The notes under the pieces: generated by a model
What the model was told of the DNA's origin: nothing
Database searches by the model: none
The model's input: only the letters and a program-made list of their open reading frames with translations
Position numbers and translations under genes: made by a program
Part shown: positions 50,959 through 61,019 of the stretch, piece by piece
How positions within the stretch are numbered: the stretch's first letter is position 1
Layout: each line of letters starts with the position of its first letter
DNA from: Clostridia bacterium
GTDB lineage: Bacteria > Bacillota > Clostridia > UMGS1883 > UMGS1540
NCBI GenBank assembly: GCA_017620205.1
Contig: JAFZQX010000019.1
Coordinates: 18,887 to 82,886 of the forward strand
Direction of reading: 5' to 3'
DNA: 64,000 nucleotides

Positions 50959-51008
50959 ATACCTCCTTTAATTGATGATAGACTTAGGTCATCAAATGAA
51001 GGAGGTAT
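50959..51008 (+). promoter_or_regulatory. 20-bp hairpin sequestering the Shine-Dalgarno of the vWA gene
   Basis: ATACCTCCTT...TGATGA-loop-TCATCA...AAGGAGGTAT forms a near-perfect 20-bp stem with one mismatch. The 3' arm is the AAGGAGG RBS, 8 nt upstream of ATG 51014. Confidence 0.5.
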
Positions 51009-51013
51009 TTATT

Positions 51014-51661
51014 ATGAACAAAAACTTAACAGAGGTAGTATTTATTCTTGACAGAAGCGGATCAATGTCAAATCTTGAGGAGGATACAATTGGCGGCTAC
51101 AACAGCTTGCTCGAAAAGCAGCAAAAAGAAGAGGGTGAAGCGGTAATCACAACGGTGCTTTTTGATGACAAATACGATATGCTTCATGACCATGCAGATG
51201 TTAAAAAGGTAAAACAGATAACCTCAAAGGAGTACTTCGCAAGAGGGATGACGGCATTGCTTGACGCTGTGGGAAAAACAATAAACCATGTAGGAAAAAG
51301 ACACAAATACGCGCCGGACAACGAAATTCCCGCGAGAACGTTGGTGGTAATTATTACAGACGGGTTTGAAAATGCCAGCAGAGAGTTTTCTCAGCCGCAA
51401 ATCAAATCAATGATAGAGCATCAAAAAGAAAAATATGGATGGGAGTTTTTGTTTTTAGGCGCTAATATTGATGCTGTTGAAACGGCCAATACATACGGAA
51501 TCTGCGCAGACAGGGCTGTAACATATGAGGCGGACGAATTGGGAACAAGAATGAATTTTGATGTTGTAAGCAGAACGGTATCGGCGGTAAGAATGGCACA
51601 GCCGCTTGGCGCAGACTGGAAAGAGGATATAGAAAAACGTTTTAAAAAGAAGATAAGATAA
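51014..51661 (+). CDS. stand-alone cytoplasmic von Willebrand factor A (vWA) domain protein
   Basis: MIDAS motif DRSGSMS, T (GMTAL) and D (ITDGFEN) residues. No signal peptide. The start is chosen at ATG 51014; the ORF is open from 50972. Confidence 0.75.
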   Translation: MNKNLTEVVFILDRSGSMSNLEEDTIGGYNSLLEKQQKEEGEAVITTVLFDDKYDMLHDHADVKKVKQITSKEYFARGMTALLDAVGKTINHVGKRHKYAPDNEIPARTLVVIITDGFENASREFSQPQIKSMIEHQKEKYGWEFLFLGANIDAVETANTYGICADRAVTYEADELGTRMNFDVVSRTVSAVRMAQPLGADWKEDIEKRFKKKIR

Positions 51662-51666
51662 TAATA

Positions 51667-51697
51667 AAAAAGGCGCATCTTTTGATGCGCTTTTTTG
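51667..51697 (+). terminator. rho-independent terminator after vWA gene
   Basis: GGCGCATC-tttt-GATGCGCC hairpin followed by a T6 run. Confidence 0.8.
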
Positions 51698-51793
51698 TAT
51701 GTAAAATTACATGTTTTTATTACAATTTTACATGTACGAAAATCAGGAAATTTTGTATAATTAAACTATAGAAATAAATTGGGAGGAAAATGT

Positions 51794-53164
51794 ATGAGAA
51801 AGGTTATAAAGCTTTTGAACGTGATTTTATGCGCAAGTGTTTTTTGCACGCTCATTGCGGCAGTGCCCGTATTAGCACAGCCCGATGTAATTGTCAATGA
51901 TACGTTTGACAATTATGAAATTGACGATGTTCCCGATGGTTGGGAGTTTTCTCATGATTCGAAAGAAGAAGGAATGTGGGCGAGAGTTGTTGAGGATCCG
52001 GATAATCCGGAAAACAAGGTGCTGGGCATTGCAACAATAGGCCCACTTGTAAAAGGAATACGTCATTTTGATCCTATTGGCGGTGAAATCCATATAAAAT
52101 TTAAGCTGCGTTTAGCTTATCTTTATAATGACTGTCATTATATAGGAATGCTTGACGATCTTACAAGAATTCTTACATATCAGAACGGCTGGAATTTATG
52201 GGACGGCGAAGAACAGCACGTACTGCCCAATATATCCGTTGAATATGACAAGTGGCTTGACATGGAATACAACATCCGTTTCAGCGATAAAACGTTTGAT
52301 ATTATTTGCGACGGCGTGACATGGGTTGAAAACTACCGATTCAAAAACCCTGACCTTGAACATATAGACAACATGTACTTCAGAAACGGCGCTGAAATGA
52401 TGTACATTGATGATGTTATAATTACAAATGACGGCGATATCAAAACTATGTATACAAAGGTGACGTCATCTGCTTATAAGATAAACGCGATGTATCAGAC
52501 AATTAAAAATATACCGTTTGAAACTACGGTAGATGAGTTTTTAAGCAATTTAGACCTTGTTGACGGTGTTGTGGTTGAGATTCAAAATCCCGACGGCACG
52601 CCGTATGAGGGCAGATTTATAGTTAAAAACTTAAAGCTCGTATTAAAATCACCGGAGGGCGATCAGGAAAAGGTATACAGCATTCATTCAAGGCCTTGGA
52701 TGGCGTCGCTTTTGACCGTTGCATACTGTAAAGACGCGATTATATTCGGTCTCGACAGCAGAGATGCTGTAATTCGCGGAAACAAAGCATACTTCAGAGC
52801 TGATGACGAAAGCCTGACGGCATATAAAGAGGACGAAACTATATATGTTCCGCTGCGCGCCATTGGTGAATTTAAGGGTGTTCCTGTTGAATGGAACGGA
52901 GAAGAAGCATCCGTTACGCTCGATAACGTAAAGCTTTATCAAAACGATTCCGCTGTTACAAAAGATGGTGTATCGCAGAATCTCGCGGGACACTGTGTAA
53001 ATAAAAACGGCACAATATTTATCCCGACGTACTGGATTTCAGATATGTTCGGATTTAGCGTGCTTATAAACGGTAATACGGTTATAATTAAAGAAAACAC
53101 AGCGTTTACAGATTCGAGAATTGAGAAACTTGTGCTGCAGGAAATTGCAGAACGTTATAACTAA
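51794..53164 (+). CDS. secreted protein: ConA-like/LamG-like N-terminal domain + C-terminal copper-amine-oxidase-N-terminal-like (stalk) domain
   Basis: Signal peptide present. A DTFDNYEIDDVPDGW-type jelly-roll start is followed by a C-terminal Cu_amine_oxidN1-like region (YVPLRAIGEFKGV...FIPTYWISDMFGF). A GGGAGG RBS precedes it. Confidence 0.55.
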   Translation: MRKVIKLLNVILCASVFCTLIAAVPVLAQPDVIVNDTFDNYEIDDVPDGWEFSHDSKEEGMWARVVEDPDNPENKVLGIATIGPLVKGIRHFDPIGGEIHIKFKLRLAYLYNDCHYIGMLDDLTRILTYQNGWNLWDGEEQHVLPNISVEYDKWLDMEYNIRFSDKTFDIICDGVTWVENYRFKNPDLEHIDNMYFRNGAEMMYIDDVIITNDGDIKTMYTKVTSSAYKINAMYQTIKNIPFETTVDEFLSNLDLVDGVVVEIQNPDGTPYEGRFIVKNLKLVLKSPEGDQEKVYSIHSRPWMASLLTVAYCKDAIIFGLDSRDAVIRGNKAYFRADDESLTAYKEDETIYVPLRAIGEFKGVPVEWNGEEASVTLDNVKLYQNDSAVTKDGVSQNLAGHCVNKNGTIFIPTYWISDMFGFSVLINGNTVIIKENTAFTDSRIEKLVLQEIAERYN

Positions 53165-53177
53165 GGAGGGAGATAAA

Positions 53178-55226
53178 ATGAAAAAAATCGGTATATTACT
53201 CGCGATTATATTTGCAGTATCAGTTTTAACTCCCGCAGCAATTCTTGCGGAAGAAACAGGCAGCGTACAAAGATACTATGTATCAATCAACGGTAATGAT
53301 TCAAACCCCGGTACGGAATCTGCGCCCTTTGCAACAATTACCGCCGCGAGAGATTCGATTCGCAGCAATCCTTTAAGAGGACAAAGCAGAATAGAAGTTA
53401 TATTTGATTCCGGTCATTATTATATTAATGACGCAATATCTTTTGACGAAAGTGATTCCGGTGCCAAAGACGCTCCGGTAGTTTATAAAGCAAAAGACGG
53501 CGCTGAAGTTTATATTGACGGCGGTACTCCTATTGCAAAAAGTATATTAAAACCTGTTACAGACGAAGAGACTCTTGAAAGAATTCAGCCCCAGGTTCGT
53601 GACAAAGTTAAAGTAATTGACGTTAAAGATCTTGGACTTGATTCAATAGCTCCCCACGAAATGATGGACAACAGGTATACTCCGAAAAACGCACCGGTAA
53701 AGCTTTTTGAAGGAGACAAAGATTTAACGCTTGCACGTTTTCCGAATATAGGAGAGCCTTTACTCAGAACGGGTAAAGTTGTTGAAACGGGCTCAAACTA
53801 TGAACTTGGCGATTTAGATCAAAGACCCGGTGCGTTTATATATCTTGATGACAGAATTGAGAGCTGGAAAAACATCGAAGATGTTTGGATGTGGGGACAG
53901 TGGTACTGGGCATGGGCTCCGTCCACAACAAATATCGGAAGGCTTGATACAGAAAACGATGTGCTGTATACGGGACTCTGGTCATCATGGGGTTATCAGG
54001 GAAATAAGCCATACTACTATTATAATGTATTGGAAGAGCTTGATATACCGGGCGAATACTACATGGACAGAGAGAATAACAAAATATACGTATATCCCGA
54101 AACAGATACGGACGACTTTTATCTTACAAAGCATGAAGACACAATGGTTAAAACTGACGGCACAAGCCATATCCGTTTCGAAAACCTTACATTCCAAGGT
54201 ACAAGAGGCGCATGCTTTGATATTGTGGGCGGCGAAGATGTAAGAGTTGACGGCTGTACTATAAGATATATCGGCAAAAAAGGCATGTGGGTACGCTCGG
54301 GTAAAGATCATAAAATTATAAATAACGAAATGTATCTGCTCGGAAGCGGCGGTATTGATATAGGTGCCGAAGTCGGCGACAAAGCGACGCTTACATCGGG
54401 TAATACAGTTATAGAGAATAACCATATTCATGATTTTTCGACTTGGGTCACAAGCTATTCTGAAGCTATTTCACTTGATGGAGTAGGAAACTCGGCAAGA
54501 TATAACACAATTCATGGTGCTGACCATATGTCGGCAGAGATTAACGGTATTATGTCAATATTTGAATATAACGAGATTTATAACGTTGTAAGAGATACCG
54601 ACGATGCCGGCGCTGTATATATGTTCACAAGAGGCGACTCACGCGGATGTCATATAAGATATAATTATTTTCACGGCGTTTCAAAGAGATCTGAAAAAAC
54701 GTCAACAGGCACATGGACGGTATATTTTGACGGATTTAATTCCGCAAAAGAAACATACGGAAATATCTTTAAAGATGTAACGGGCGGAATTCATATAAAC
54801 GGCGGCAACCTTCACAATATTTATTCAAATCTCTTTATAGATGTTGATACGCCTATGTGGCTGCATTTTGTAAACTCTGTAGGAAACGAAGCATTTTGGA
54901 AACCGCTTGATGAACTTCCGTATAATGAGGGCATATGGGCAGAAACCTTCCCGACCGCATCAATAAGAGTTCAAGATGCCGAACGAACATATTTTGGCAA
55001 TAAAGAATATAACAACATAGCGTATGACTGCGGCAAGTCTTATCTTGAAGATCCGCACGGACTCAACGACCTTGAAGAGATTAAGTGTTTTGACGCTTCC
55101 GATGATATTTTTGTTGATATAGATCATAACGATTGGACATTTAAAACAGATCCGGGCGTTCCCGGTTTCTATGTGCCGTGTGTTGATGAAATAGGCTTAA
55201 GGCAGGAAAGAATTGTTTACGAATAG
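53178..55226 (+). CDS. secreted right-handed parallel beta-helix protein (pectate-lyase-fold polysaccharide lyase/hydrolase-like)
   Basis: Signal peptide present. Repeated beta-helix coil motifs follow (NLTFQGTRGACFDIVGGEDVRVDGC, IINNEMY, NHIHDFS...). An AAGGAGGG RBS precedes it. Confidence 0.7.
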   Translation: MKKIGILLAIIFAVSVLTPAAILAEETGSVQRYYVSINGNDSNPGTESAPFATITAARDSIRSNPLRGQSRIEVIFDSGHYYINDAISFDESDSGAKDAPVVYKAKDGAEVYIDGGTPIAKSILKPVTDEETLERIQPQVRDKVKVIDVKDLGLDSIAPHEMMDNRYTPKNAPVKLFEGDKDLTLARFPNIGEPLLRTGKVVETGSNYELGDLDQRPGAFIYLDDRIESWKNIEDVWMWGQWYWAWAPSTTNIGRLDTENDVLYTGLWSSWGYQGNKPYYYYNVLEELDIPGEYYMDRENNKIYVYPETDTDDFYLTKHEDTMVKTDGTSHIRFENLTFQGTRGACFDIVGGEDVRVDGCTIRYIGKKGMWVRSGKDHKIINNEMYLLGSGGIDIGAEVGDKATLTSGNTVIENNHIHDFSTWVTSYSEAISLDGVGNSARYNTIHGADHMSAEINGIMSIFEYNEIYNVVRDTDDAGAVYMFTRGDSRGCHIRYNYFHGVSKRSEKTSTGTWTVYFDGFNSAKETYGNIFKDVTGGIHINGGNLHNIYSNLFIDVDTPMWLHFVNSVGNEAFWKPLDELPYNEGIWAETFPTASIRVQDAERTYFGNKEYNNIAYDCGKSYLEDPHGLNDLEEIKCFDASDDIFVDIDHNDWTFKTDPGVPGFYVPCVDEIGLRQERIVYE

Positions 55227-55239
55227 AATAAGTTAAAAA

Positions 55240-55270
55240 GCGGCTCCTTTTGGGAGCCGCCTTTTGTCCT
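55240..55270 (+). terminator. rho-independent terminator
   Basis: GCGGCTCC-tttt-GGGAGCCGCC hairpin followed by TTTTG. Confidence 0.75.
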
Positions 55271-55370
55271 ATTGAAAAAAATATTTTAATATGGTAGAAT
55301 AATTATGGAACAAATTTGAAATCAATCCGTCAAACAGAGTATAAAACAATTTAAGAAAGAGGGAAAAATC

Positions 55371-57539
55371 ATGAAAAAAATAATCAGCATAATAATCTCG
55401 GCAGCTTTTTTATTAACGGCAATTGTAACAATTGCAGGAATCTGCGGAAAGACAAACTGCGGATATGTTGTTGAGACAATTCATGGCGGAAGAATCTATA
55501 CGGGCAACGCTCTTGAGGATCTCAAGGAACAGGGAGTTATTGAAGGTTATGATGACGGACAGCTGCACCCCGAGCTTATTCTTACAAGAGCGCAGTTCGC
55601 AAAAATCATGACAAAAGCGTTTCCCGACGGTATAAATGAAGGTCTCATGTTTCATTTTACCGATTTAAGCGAAGACCATTGGGCTTACGGATACATACAA
55701 AAAGCAGTTGACGCCGGCTGGATAAAAGGCTTTCCTGATAAAACCGTCCGTCCGGATGACGACATCACATTTGAGCAGGCAACAGCAGTTGTTTGCAGAG
55801 TTATTGGAATTGCAAGCGAATATGACGACTATCCCGAAGATTATATATCAGCTGCAATAGACTATTCGATAACAGACGGTGTAAACTCGGTAATAGGTGA
55901 GAGCATAAGCAGAGACGACGCAGCTAAGATAATAATAAATGCTCAAAATTATTTGTCGATCATGGAAAACGAAGAAACCTTAGAAAATGCCATGTATTCC
56001 GGCAGCAAAGGCTATGGCATGACTCCTGTACCGGCGCCTTCTGTAAACGGAGTGGCGTCAAAATCGAATAGTAATAATATGCCTTTAGAAGAAGGACTTG
56101 CGGCTGATACAGAATATTACTATGAAACAGTTGAACCTGTTTTCCCCGGATACTTTAATACCGAGGAATATAATGCTCAGACTGAAAATATCTTTAAAGA
56201 CGCGGCAACATCTCCGCTTTCAACTTTTTCTATTGACGCAGACACAGCTTCATACAGCAATATGCGCCGATTCATCTTAAACGGACAGAGAATACCCGAA
56301 GGCTCAATAAGAAGCGAAGAACTTATAAACTACTTTGATTATACAAAAGCGGAAACAGAAGACGGAAAGCCATTCGGTGTAAATTACACTGTTTCAAAAT
56401 GCCCTTGGAACGACAATAATATGCTCGCTATGATTACGGTTTCGGGCGAAGAACTTACAGTTCAGAAACCTTCAAATATTGTATTTCTCATTGATACATC
56501 CGGCTCAATGTACGATTTTAACAAGCTTCCTCTTGTTAAAATGTCACTTTCAATGCTTTTAGACAAGCTTGGAGATGAAGACACTGTTTCAATAGTAACA
56601 TACGCGTCCGGCACGGGCGTTGCTTTAGAGCCGACAAGGGTTTCGGAAAAAGAAAAAATACTTAACGTTATGAACGGTCTTTATGCTTCGGGCGGCACAT
56701 ACGGCGAAGGCGGTATTCAGCTCGCTTACCAGCAGGCGGAAAAGTTTAAAATTGACGGAAACAACAGAATCATTCTTTGCACAGACGGCGACTTTAACAT
56801 TGGTCAATCATCAGAGGCGGAGCTTGACAAGCTGATTTCCGAACATCGCGAAAAAGGTATTTTCTTAAGCGTTTTGGGCTTTGGAATGGGAAATTACAAA
56901 GACAACAAGATGGAAACGCTTGCAGACAAAGGAAACGGAAACTATGCTTACATAGATAATCTCCGCGAAGCTAAAAAAGTTCTTGTTGACGATATGTCAA
57001 AGACTATTTATACAATAGCAAAGGACGTTAAAATTCAGACTGAATTTAACCCTGCAACAGTTTCAAAATACCGCCTTATAGGTTACGAAAACAGACAATT
57101 AAACAACGAGGATTTTGACAATGATAAAAAAGACGCGGGAGAGCTTGGCGCCGGCGCAACCGTAACTGTTTTATATGAGCTCGTTCCCGCATCGGGAGAA
57201 ACTCAGCAGCAGCTCAAATATCAGACAACCGAGACAACAGGGAGCAGCGATCTTATGACGGTTAAAATCCGTTATAAAGAGCCCGAAGGCAGCGAAAGTA
57301 TACTTTCAGAATACCCGGTAAACGCCTTGGTTACAGAGCCTACAGGAGACTTTAAATTTGCTTCGGCTGTTGCAGAACTCGGCATGATACTTAATGATTC
57401 TGAGTTTAAAGGAAATGCAACACTTGATTCTGTTATAGAACTTGCCAGAGAAGGCGTGGGCGAGGACGCTTTCGGACTTCGCGCCGAGTTTATTCAGCTT
57501 GCCGATCTTTTAAGATACAGAGATACAATAAATCGCTAA
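55371..57539 (+). CDS. cell-surface protein: 2 N-terminal SLH domains + YfbK-like module (DUF3520-like + vWA domain)
   Basis: Signal peptide present. The SLH consensus is matched twice (GVIEGYDDGQLHPELILTRAQFAKI; GWIKGFPDKTVRPDDDITFEQATAV). A FSIDADTASYSNMRRF...EELINYFDY DUF3520-like region follows. The vWA MIDAS motif is DTSGSM. Confidence 0.75.
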   Translation: MKKIISIIISAAFLLTAIVTIAGICGKTNCGYVVETIHGGRIYTGNALEDLKEQGVIEGYDDGQLHPELILTRAQFAKIMTKAFPDGINEGLMFHFTDLSEDHWAYGYIQKAVDAGWIKGFPDKTVRPDDDITFEQATAVVCRVIGIASEYDDYPEDYISAAIDYSITDGVNSVIGESISRDDAAKIIINAQNYLSIMENEETLENAMYSGSKGYGMTPVPAPSVNGVASKSNSNNMPLEEGLAADTEYYYETVEPVFPGYFNTEEYNAQTENIFKDAATSPLSTFSIDADTASYSNMRRFILNGQRIPEGSIRSEELINYFDYTKAETEDGKPFGVNYTVSKCPWNDNNMLAMITVSGEELTVQKPSNIVFLIDTSGSMYDFNKLPLVKMSLSMLLDKLGDEDTVSIVTYASGTGVALEPTRVSEKEKILNVMNGLYASGGTYGEGGIQLAYQQAEKFKIDGNNRIILCTDGDFNIGQSSEAELDKLISEHREKGIFLSVLGFGMGNYKDNKMETLADKGNGNYAYIDNLREAKKVLVDDMSKTIYTIAKDVKIQTEFNPATVSKYRLIGYENRQLNNEDFDNDKKDAGELGAGATVTVLYELVPASGETQQQLKYQTTETTGSSDLMTVKIRYKEPEGSESILSEYPVNALVTEPTGDFKFASAVAELGMILNDSEFKGNATLDSVIELAREGVGEDAFGLRAEFIQLADLLRYRDTINR

Positions 57540-57555
57540 AAATTCTATGTTGTTA

Positions 57556-57584
57556 TTGACTTTGCGGCATAAAAATTATATAAT
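57556..57584 (+). promoter_or_regulatory. sigma-A promoter (TTGACT-17-TATAAT) of alaS
   Basis: Consensus hexamers sit about 75 nt upstream of the alaS ATG. The leader is too short for a T-box. Confidence 0.5.
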
Positions 57585-57661
57585 ATATAAATAGTGAAAT
57601 TTTAGCACCTATTGCTGATATTATATAATTGGAATTATGGTGCAGAAAGGCAAGATAGAAA

Positions 57662-60304
57662 ATGGAGAATTTAGGACTTAACGAGATACGAGAGAAATTT
57701 TTGAGTTTTTTTGAAAGTAAGGGGCATTTGAGACTTCCGAGCTTTCCACTCGTTCCGCAAAACGATGCGAGCTTACTTCTTATAAACGCCGGTATGGCGC
57801 CCTTAAAGCCGTACTTTACAGGCAAGGAAATTCCCCCGAAAAGCAGGGTTACAACTTGTCAGAAGTGTATAAGAACACCTGACATTGAAAGAGTTGGTAA
57901 AACTGCGAGACACGGAACGTTTTTTGAGATGCTCGGAAACTTCTCTTTCGGCGATTATTTTAAAACAGAAGCAACAGCTTGGGCATGGGAGTTTATTACA
58001 AAGGTTTTAGAGCTTCCCGTTGACCGTCTTTGGGTTACAATTTACGAAGATGATGACGAAGCGTTTAAGCTTTGGACAGAGAACGTAGGCGTAGATCCTT
58101 CCAGGATAGTAAGAATGGGAAAAGAAGATAACTTCTGGGAAATTGGTTTGGGTCCCTGCGGTCCTTGCTCGGAAATCCACTATGACAGAGGTCCCGAATA
58201 CGGATGCGGCAAACCTGACTGTGCCATAGGATGTGACTGTGACAGATACGTTGAGTTCTGGAATCTTGTATTTACTCAGTTTGATAAAGACGAAAACGGT
58301 AATTATAACAGACTTGCAAAGCCTAATATAGATACAGGTATGGGTCTTGAGCGTATTGCGGCTATTATGCAGGGCGTAAATAACCTTTTTGAGGTTGATA
58401 CGATAAGAAACATCATGCTTGCAATTTCAAAGGTTGCAGGCGTTAAATACGGAGACAGCGAAAAGACAGATGTTTCTCTGCGTGTAATCACAGACCATAT
58501 AAGAAGCACAACGTTTATGATTTCCGACAACATTTCTCCTTCAAACGAGGGCAGAGGTTACGTTCTTCGCAGACTGTTAAGACGTGCCGCACGTCACGGC
58601 AAGCTGCTCGGCATAAACGAGCCCTTCCTCTATAAGATTACAGATACTGTTATCGAAGAATCAAAGGGCGCTTATCCCGAGCTTGAAGCTAAAAAAGAAT
58701 ACATAAAGAAAATAATTAAAAAAGAAGAAGAAAGATTTGACGAAACAATAGACACCGGTCTTTCAATTTTAAACGATTATATAGCTGAACTTAAAAATTC
58801 AGGTAAAACCGTTTTAGACGGCGTGAGCGCATTTAAGCTTTACGATACATACGGATTCCCGATTGACTTAACGCTTGAAATCCTTGAAGAAAACGGAATG
58901 ACTGTTGATAAAGAAAGCTTTGATAAAGAGATGGAAGCACAGCGCGAGCGCGCAAGAAACGCGCGCGCCGTAGGCGATGATGCCGCATGGAGCGAAGATG
59001 TGTTGTCTACTCTTCCGAAAGAAGCTACAACAGAATTTGTTGGTTATGATGAACTTTCAACAACGGGTAAAGTTATCGCTATAGTAGCAGACGACGCTAT
59101 TGTGGATTCTGTAGACGACGGAAAGAACGCTGCTATAATTACTGACAGAACTTCATTCTACGCTGAAAGCGGCGGTGAAGTCGGCGATAAGGGCAAAATG
59201 TTTGCAGATGGCTTTATGGGTGAAGTATACGACTGTAAAAAGCTTCACGGCAATAAAACAATTCATTTCGTAAACATTTTGGAAGGCAGTATTTCTGTCG
59301 GAGACTCTGTAAATCTTGAAGTTTGCGAGAAAGAAAGGGCAGACGTTCAGAGAAACCACAGCGCTACGCACCTTTTGCAGAAAGCGCTCCGCGAAACACT
59401 GGGTGATCACGTGGCTCAGGCGGGATCTTTGGTAACTCCCGAAAAACTCCGTTTTGACTTTTCGCATTTTGAAGCTGTAACACCCGAGCAGCTGCGCGAA
59501 GTTGAAGAAAAAGTAAATAATGCAATTTTCTCTGCGCTTCCCGTAAGCAAAACATATATGAGCAAAGCAGACGCTGAAAAAACAGGCGCTATGGCGCTGT
59601 TTGGAGAAAAATACGGCGACACGGTGCGTGTTGTTAAAATGGGCGACTACAGCATAGAATTCTGCGGCGGCTGTCACGTAAACAACACAAGCGAAATCTC
59701 GATGTTTAAGATTTTGGGTGAAAGCAGCGTAGCAGCAGGCGTAAGAAGAATTGAAGCCGTTACGGGCAGAGGCGTTTTGAAGATGCTTGATGAAATATCT
59801 TCTGTTTTACAAAACACAGCAGATGTTTTTAAAGTTAAACCACTTGAGCTTGTACAGAAAGCGCACGCATTTACTGAAGAGCTGAAAGCTTCTCAGAAGG
59901 ATCTGGCTTCACTTAAGCAAAAACTTGCACAGGGCAAAATGACCGGTCTCATGACAAATATAAAATCTGTCGGCGACGTAAGTGTATTCTGCGCACAACT
60001 TGAAGATGTTGACGCAAACGAACTCTTCTCAATTAGTGACAAAATAAAAGCAGAACATCCTTTGAGCGTTGCGGTACTTGCAAGCGTTAAAGACGGAAAA
60101 ATAACGTTTATTGCTACTGCTACAAAAGACGCTGTTGCAAAAGGTATTCACGCAGGTAATATTATAAAAGAAGTTGCGGCAGTTGCGGGCGGTGGCGGCG
60201 GCGGTAAGCCTGATAGCGCCAGAGCCGGCGGCAAAGACATTGCAAAGGTTGATAACGCTTTGGCAATTGTTGATGAGCTTGTTGCAAAACAGCTTGGAAT
60301 ATAA
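57662..60304 (+). CDS. alaS: alanine--tRNA ligase
   Basis: 880 aa with a class II core, an editing domain with an HxxxH...CGGCH zinc motif, and a C-terminal DHHA1-like domain with a Gly-rich tail. Confidence 0.95.
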   Translation: MENLGLNEIREKFLSFFESKGHLRLPSFPLVPQNDASLLLINAGMAPLKPYFTGKEIPPKSRVTTCQKCIRTPDIERVGKTARHGTFFEMLGNFSFGDYFKTEATAWAWEFITKVLELPVDRLWVTIYEDDDEAFKLWTENVGVDPSRIVRMGKEDNFWEIGLGPCGPCSEIHYDRGPEYGCGKPDCAIGCDCDRYVEFWNLVFTQFDKDENGNYNRLAKPNIDTGMGLERIAAIMQGVNNLFEVDTIRNIMLAISKVAGVKYGDSEKTDVSLRVITDHIRSTTFMISDNISPSNEGRGYVLRRLLRRAARHGKLLGINEPFLYKITDTVIEESKGAYPELEAKKEYIKKIIKKEEERFDETIDTGLSILNDYIAELKNSGKTVLDGVSAFKLYDTYGFPIDLTLEILEENGMTVDKESFDKEMEAQRERARNARAVGDDAAWSEDVLSTLPKEATTEFVGYDELSTTGKVIAIVADDAIVDSVDDGKNAAIITDRTSFYAESGGEVGDKGKMFADGFMGEVYDCKKLHGNKTIHFVNILEGSISVGDSVNLEVCEKERADVQRNHSATHLLQKALRETLGDHVAQAGSLVTPEKLRFDFSHFEAVTPEQLREVEEKVNNAIFSALPVSKTYMSKADAEKTGAMALFGEKYGDTVRVVKMGDYSIEFCGGCHVNNTSEISMFKILGESSVAAGVRRIEAVTGRGVLKMLDEISSVLQNTADVFKVKPLELVQKAHAFTEELKASQKDLASLKQKLAQGKMTGLMTNIKSVGDVSVFCAQLEDVDANELFSISDKIKAEHPLSVAVLASVKDGKITFIATATKDAVAKGIHAGNIIKEVAAVAGGGGGGKPDSARAGGKDIAKVDNALAIVDELVAKQLGI

Positions 60305-60317
60305 TAAAGGAGTATAA

Positions 60318-60441
60318 CGTGAAAGTTTCTTTCACGTTAAGCCTCCGGCAGAATTTAATGCGCGTGTGAAATTTTCGGCTTGTGCCGAAACACACATGCG
60401 CACATTAATCTCTTTCATTCCTTTGCTCCGCTTGAAAGAGA
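60318..60441 (+). other. three consecutive stable hairpins (structured intergenic RNA/DNA element) between alaS and the HIT gene
   Basis: Three hairpins: CGTGAAAG-ttt-CTTTCACG; TGCGCGTGTG...[TTTCGGC-ttgt-GCCGAAA]...CACACATGCGCA nested; TCTCTTTCA-15nt-TGAAAGAGA. None has a 3' T tract. Confidence 0.5.
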
Positions 60442-60492
60442 TGAATTTGATTACTGTTAATGCCGATGCGGAGAGGCAGAATGGAGATTAAT

Positions 60493-60837
60493 ATGGAAGA
60501 CTGTTTATTTTGTAAAATAATCAAAGGCGAAATTCCATCAAAAAAGGTCTATGAAGACGACTTTGTATATGCTTTTTATGATATAAGCCCGCAGGCGCCC
60601 ACTCATTTTCTTGTAATCCCTAAAGAGCATATTTGCTGTGCAAATATGATAACGGCCGAAAATTCGTCCGTTGTTTCAAAATGCTTTGAAGCAATTGCAA
60701 AAATTGCAAATGATCTCGGAATTGCAGATGACGGTTACAGGGTAATTAATAACTGCGGAGAACTCGGTCAGCAGACCGTAAAGCATCTTCATTTCCACGT
60801 TTTGGGAGGAAGGCAAATGCAGTGGCCTCCCGGTTGA
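60493..60837 (+). CDS. HIT family (Hint-like) nucleotide hydrolase
   Basis: Histidine triad HLHFHVLGG plus an N-terminal CLFCKI. The start is chosen at ATG 60493 after a GGAG RBS. Confidence 0.8.
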   Translation: MEDCLFCKIIKGEIPSKKVYEDDFVYAFYDISPQAPTHFLVIPKEHICCANMITAENSSVVSKCFEAIAKIANDLGIADDGYRVINNCGELGQQTVKHLHFHVLGGRQMQWPPG

Positions 60838-60930
60838 TAGATGGCTGTCTAACTATGCACAGACCGCAAAAAGCAAAGTTAATAAATAATTAAGTTTTGT
60901 TAAAAGATTCATATTAAAACCAATAAAGAA

Positions 60931-60961
60931 GGGGTATGCAAAATATTTGCATACCCCTTTT
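60931..60961. terminator. bidirectional rho-independent terminator
   Basis: GGGGTATGCAAA-ata-TTTGCATACCCC perfect 12-bp stem with a T4 run on the plus side and an A/T run on the minus side. Confidence 0.85.
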
Positions 60962-61019
60962 AATATTGCTTTCGGATTCCGTTTGGCCATTCTGCACTAC
61001 ATTGAAACAGCCATTTTGA

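Noticed and set aside
57540-57661. Possible T-box upstream of alaS
   Set aside because: The leader is only about 75 nt after a good promoter, which is far too short for a T-box. No T-box consensus was found.
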